DNA of 63,148 nucleotides, filler included, from Octopus bimaculoides (taxonomy: Eukaryota), in NCBI RefSeq assembly GCF_001194135.2. It is 5 parts of 4 records of this genome, joined end to end, with 100 filler letters (N's around TTAATTAATTAA, not from the genome) between each part and the next. Parts side by side here need not be neighbours in the genome. Positions count along the whole stretch, not along the records: positions 58,767 to 63,148 come from NC_068987.1; 4 more parts are not named here. One strand, 5' to 3'. The position numbers and the translations under genes were made by a program. The notes beneath the pieces are model-generated. The model was given only the letters and a program-made list of their open reading frames with translations. It searched no databases and was not told the origin of the DNA. This document shows positions 62,749-63,148 of this stretch, piece after piece (position 1 is the first letter of the stretch; each line of letters begins with the position of its first letter).

Positions 62749-63045
62749 GGGTTTTTTTTCTCCAATGAGAAAAACTTCGATCAGGACCAACATATAAACT
62801 GACAGAACGACAGATGGTTGGTTATTCAGAGGAGTTGGAGAAAGCTGTGAGGCCCTGGAGAGACAGAACATGCAAGACGATCATACCTCTTCCAACAAGA
62901 CTCTACACCGTCTCATGAGGCAAGGACAACCCAAGCGTGGAAGCATGCCAATTTCCATGATCATATTCTGGACACGTAGCCTCCTAGCTCACCGAGCCTG
63001 GTTTGTTTGCGGCTCCGTAACTTATGGGCTCAGGAAAATAGTCCG
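62749..63045 (+). mobile_element. Tc1/mariner DD37D (maT-like) transposase fragment
   Basis: FFSNEKNFDQDQHIN*QNDRW, ELEKAVRPW, then (frameshift) RSYLFQQDSTPSHEARTTQAWKHANFHDH..*PPSSP. These resemble the maT motifs FSDEKNF and QQDSAPAH..WPPSSPD. Confidence 0.75.
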
Positions 63046-63094
63046 ATGGAATAGGTAGCAGACTTCAGATTTAAGTACTGGCCTCAATTTGTGC

Positions 63095-63148
<54 letters not shown>

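Overview
AT-rich animal genomic DNA dense in microsatellites and broken by many N-gaps. It is most likely a coleoid cephalopod (octopus), inferred from the (CA)n/(TA)n/(TATC)n/(AAT)n load and the SINE families; this was not database-checked. Only one host coding exon is well supported: 51499-51713 (+), encoding part of the amino-terminal domain of an NMDA-type glutamate receptor GluN2-like subunit. Most of the window is therefore probably large-intron or flanking sequence. The rest is mainly transposon remnants: a deleted Ty3/Gypsy (Mag-like) LTR element, several Tc1/mariner fossils (DD34D, DD34E, DD37D types), Penelope-like elements with GIY-YIG remnants and hammerhead-like motifs, R4/Dong-like and RTE LINE fragments, several MITEs, and dozens of tRNA-derived SINE copies. 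Nearly all ORFs in the supplied track are microsatellite or gap artefacts. I found no convincing novel multi-gene system. The features most worth checking are a spacerless 334-bp palindrome, inverted SINE pairs (candidate ADAR substrates near a neural gene), a triplicated tRNA-Ser primer-binding site, degenerate hammerhead motifs and a candidate signal-peptide exon. Element boundaries are hand-read and approximate unless stated.
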